A stretch of 64,000 bases of DNA from the human T2T-CHM13v2.0 reference genome, Homo sapiens. Positions within the stretch are counted from its first letter, which is position 1. Each line of letters begins with the position of its first letter. The stretch is taken from NCBI RefSeq assembly GCF_009914755.1, contig NC_060945.1; one strand, 5' to 3'. The notes below the pieces were generated by a model, which saw nothing but the letters and a program-made list of their open reading frames with translations, was not told the origin of the DNA and did no database searches. Shown here piece by piece: positions 63,411 to 64,000 of the stretch. The position numbers and the translations under genes were made by a program.

Positions 63411-64000
63411 CTAAGTAGGAGATGACTCCTCTGGACAAAGGATGAGAATGAAGAGTCAGGGGGAAGCAGGAAGCCCTGGAAAACAAGAACCATCTGCTGG
63501 GTAACCTCTGAGCTTAGTCTGCCTTTTTTGAAGTTCCCAGGGCTTGATTTATGGCACACCATGAACTCTGTTGTTACAATTCTTTATTTCCAATTACAGC
63601 ATGATCTTCTTATTGAATGATGAGTTCCTAGAAGATTGATCCTTGATATACCCTTTATCATCACTGTTTAATCACAACGCCTGCCACATAGTAGGGGCTA
63701 CATAATTGTTGAAATGAAATCCCTCCAGTTTCTAACCTTTCCTAACCTGTTCAGGAGAATTATATAACTTGATAGGTTCTTCACTACCTTTCCTGTCGCT
63801 CAAGGAAGAACTCAGCTTTCTTGATATATCTTGTGAATTTCATTCCAAAAAAGTGAAATAAAAATAGGGCATCTATTTCTACCCAGACCCTGTAGAGAAC
63901 GACAACAGGCCATGTATCTGATAGGTGTGTTGGCCATGTGTCGGTGTGCTAGCCTGTGTGAACCTTGGTCCCTGTAAGGAGAGGGTATCCCCACTAAGTG

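Overview
Human (or very close great-ape) genomic DNA, not microbial. Bases 1-~12,020 hold the 3' half of GABPA (ETS-family transcription factor, + strand). There are four coding exons (1867-1920, 3767-3907, 4152-4344, 8565-8793) encoding the linker, ETS domain and C-terminus, then a ~3.2-kb AU-rich 3'UTR. An antisense LLPH processed pseudogene lies in the intron just after the 54-nt exon. The remaining ~52 kb is intergenic and repeat-dense: about 45 Alus, old L1M/L1P fragments, L2/MIR, MaLR/ERVL/ERV1 LTRs (MLT1, MST, MLT2, MER41A, LTR12), and DNA transposons (MADE1, MER2, MER5). Almost all ORFs in the track outside GABPA are repeat-derived artefacts. I found no convincing new protein-coding system. 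The most unusual structures are: (i) an ERV9 5' LTR12 with intact tRNA-Arg PBS and leader splice donors, sitting inside one Alu with a 37-bp target duplication rather than a 4-bp TSD; (ii) a hairpin-bracketed templated insertion at 15.2-15.4 kb copied from 1.35 kb away; (iii) a 61-bp Alu-Alu gene-conversion tract; and (iv) a strong CTCF motif in a CpG-retaining patch at 41.3 kb. Repeat subfamily calls come from recalled consensus sequences, and repeat boundaries are approximate.
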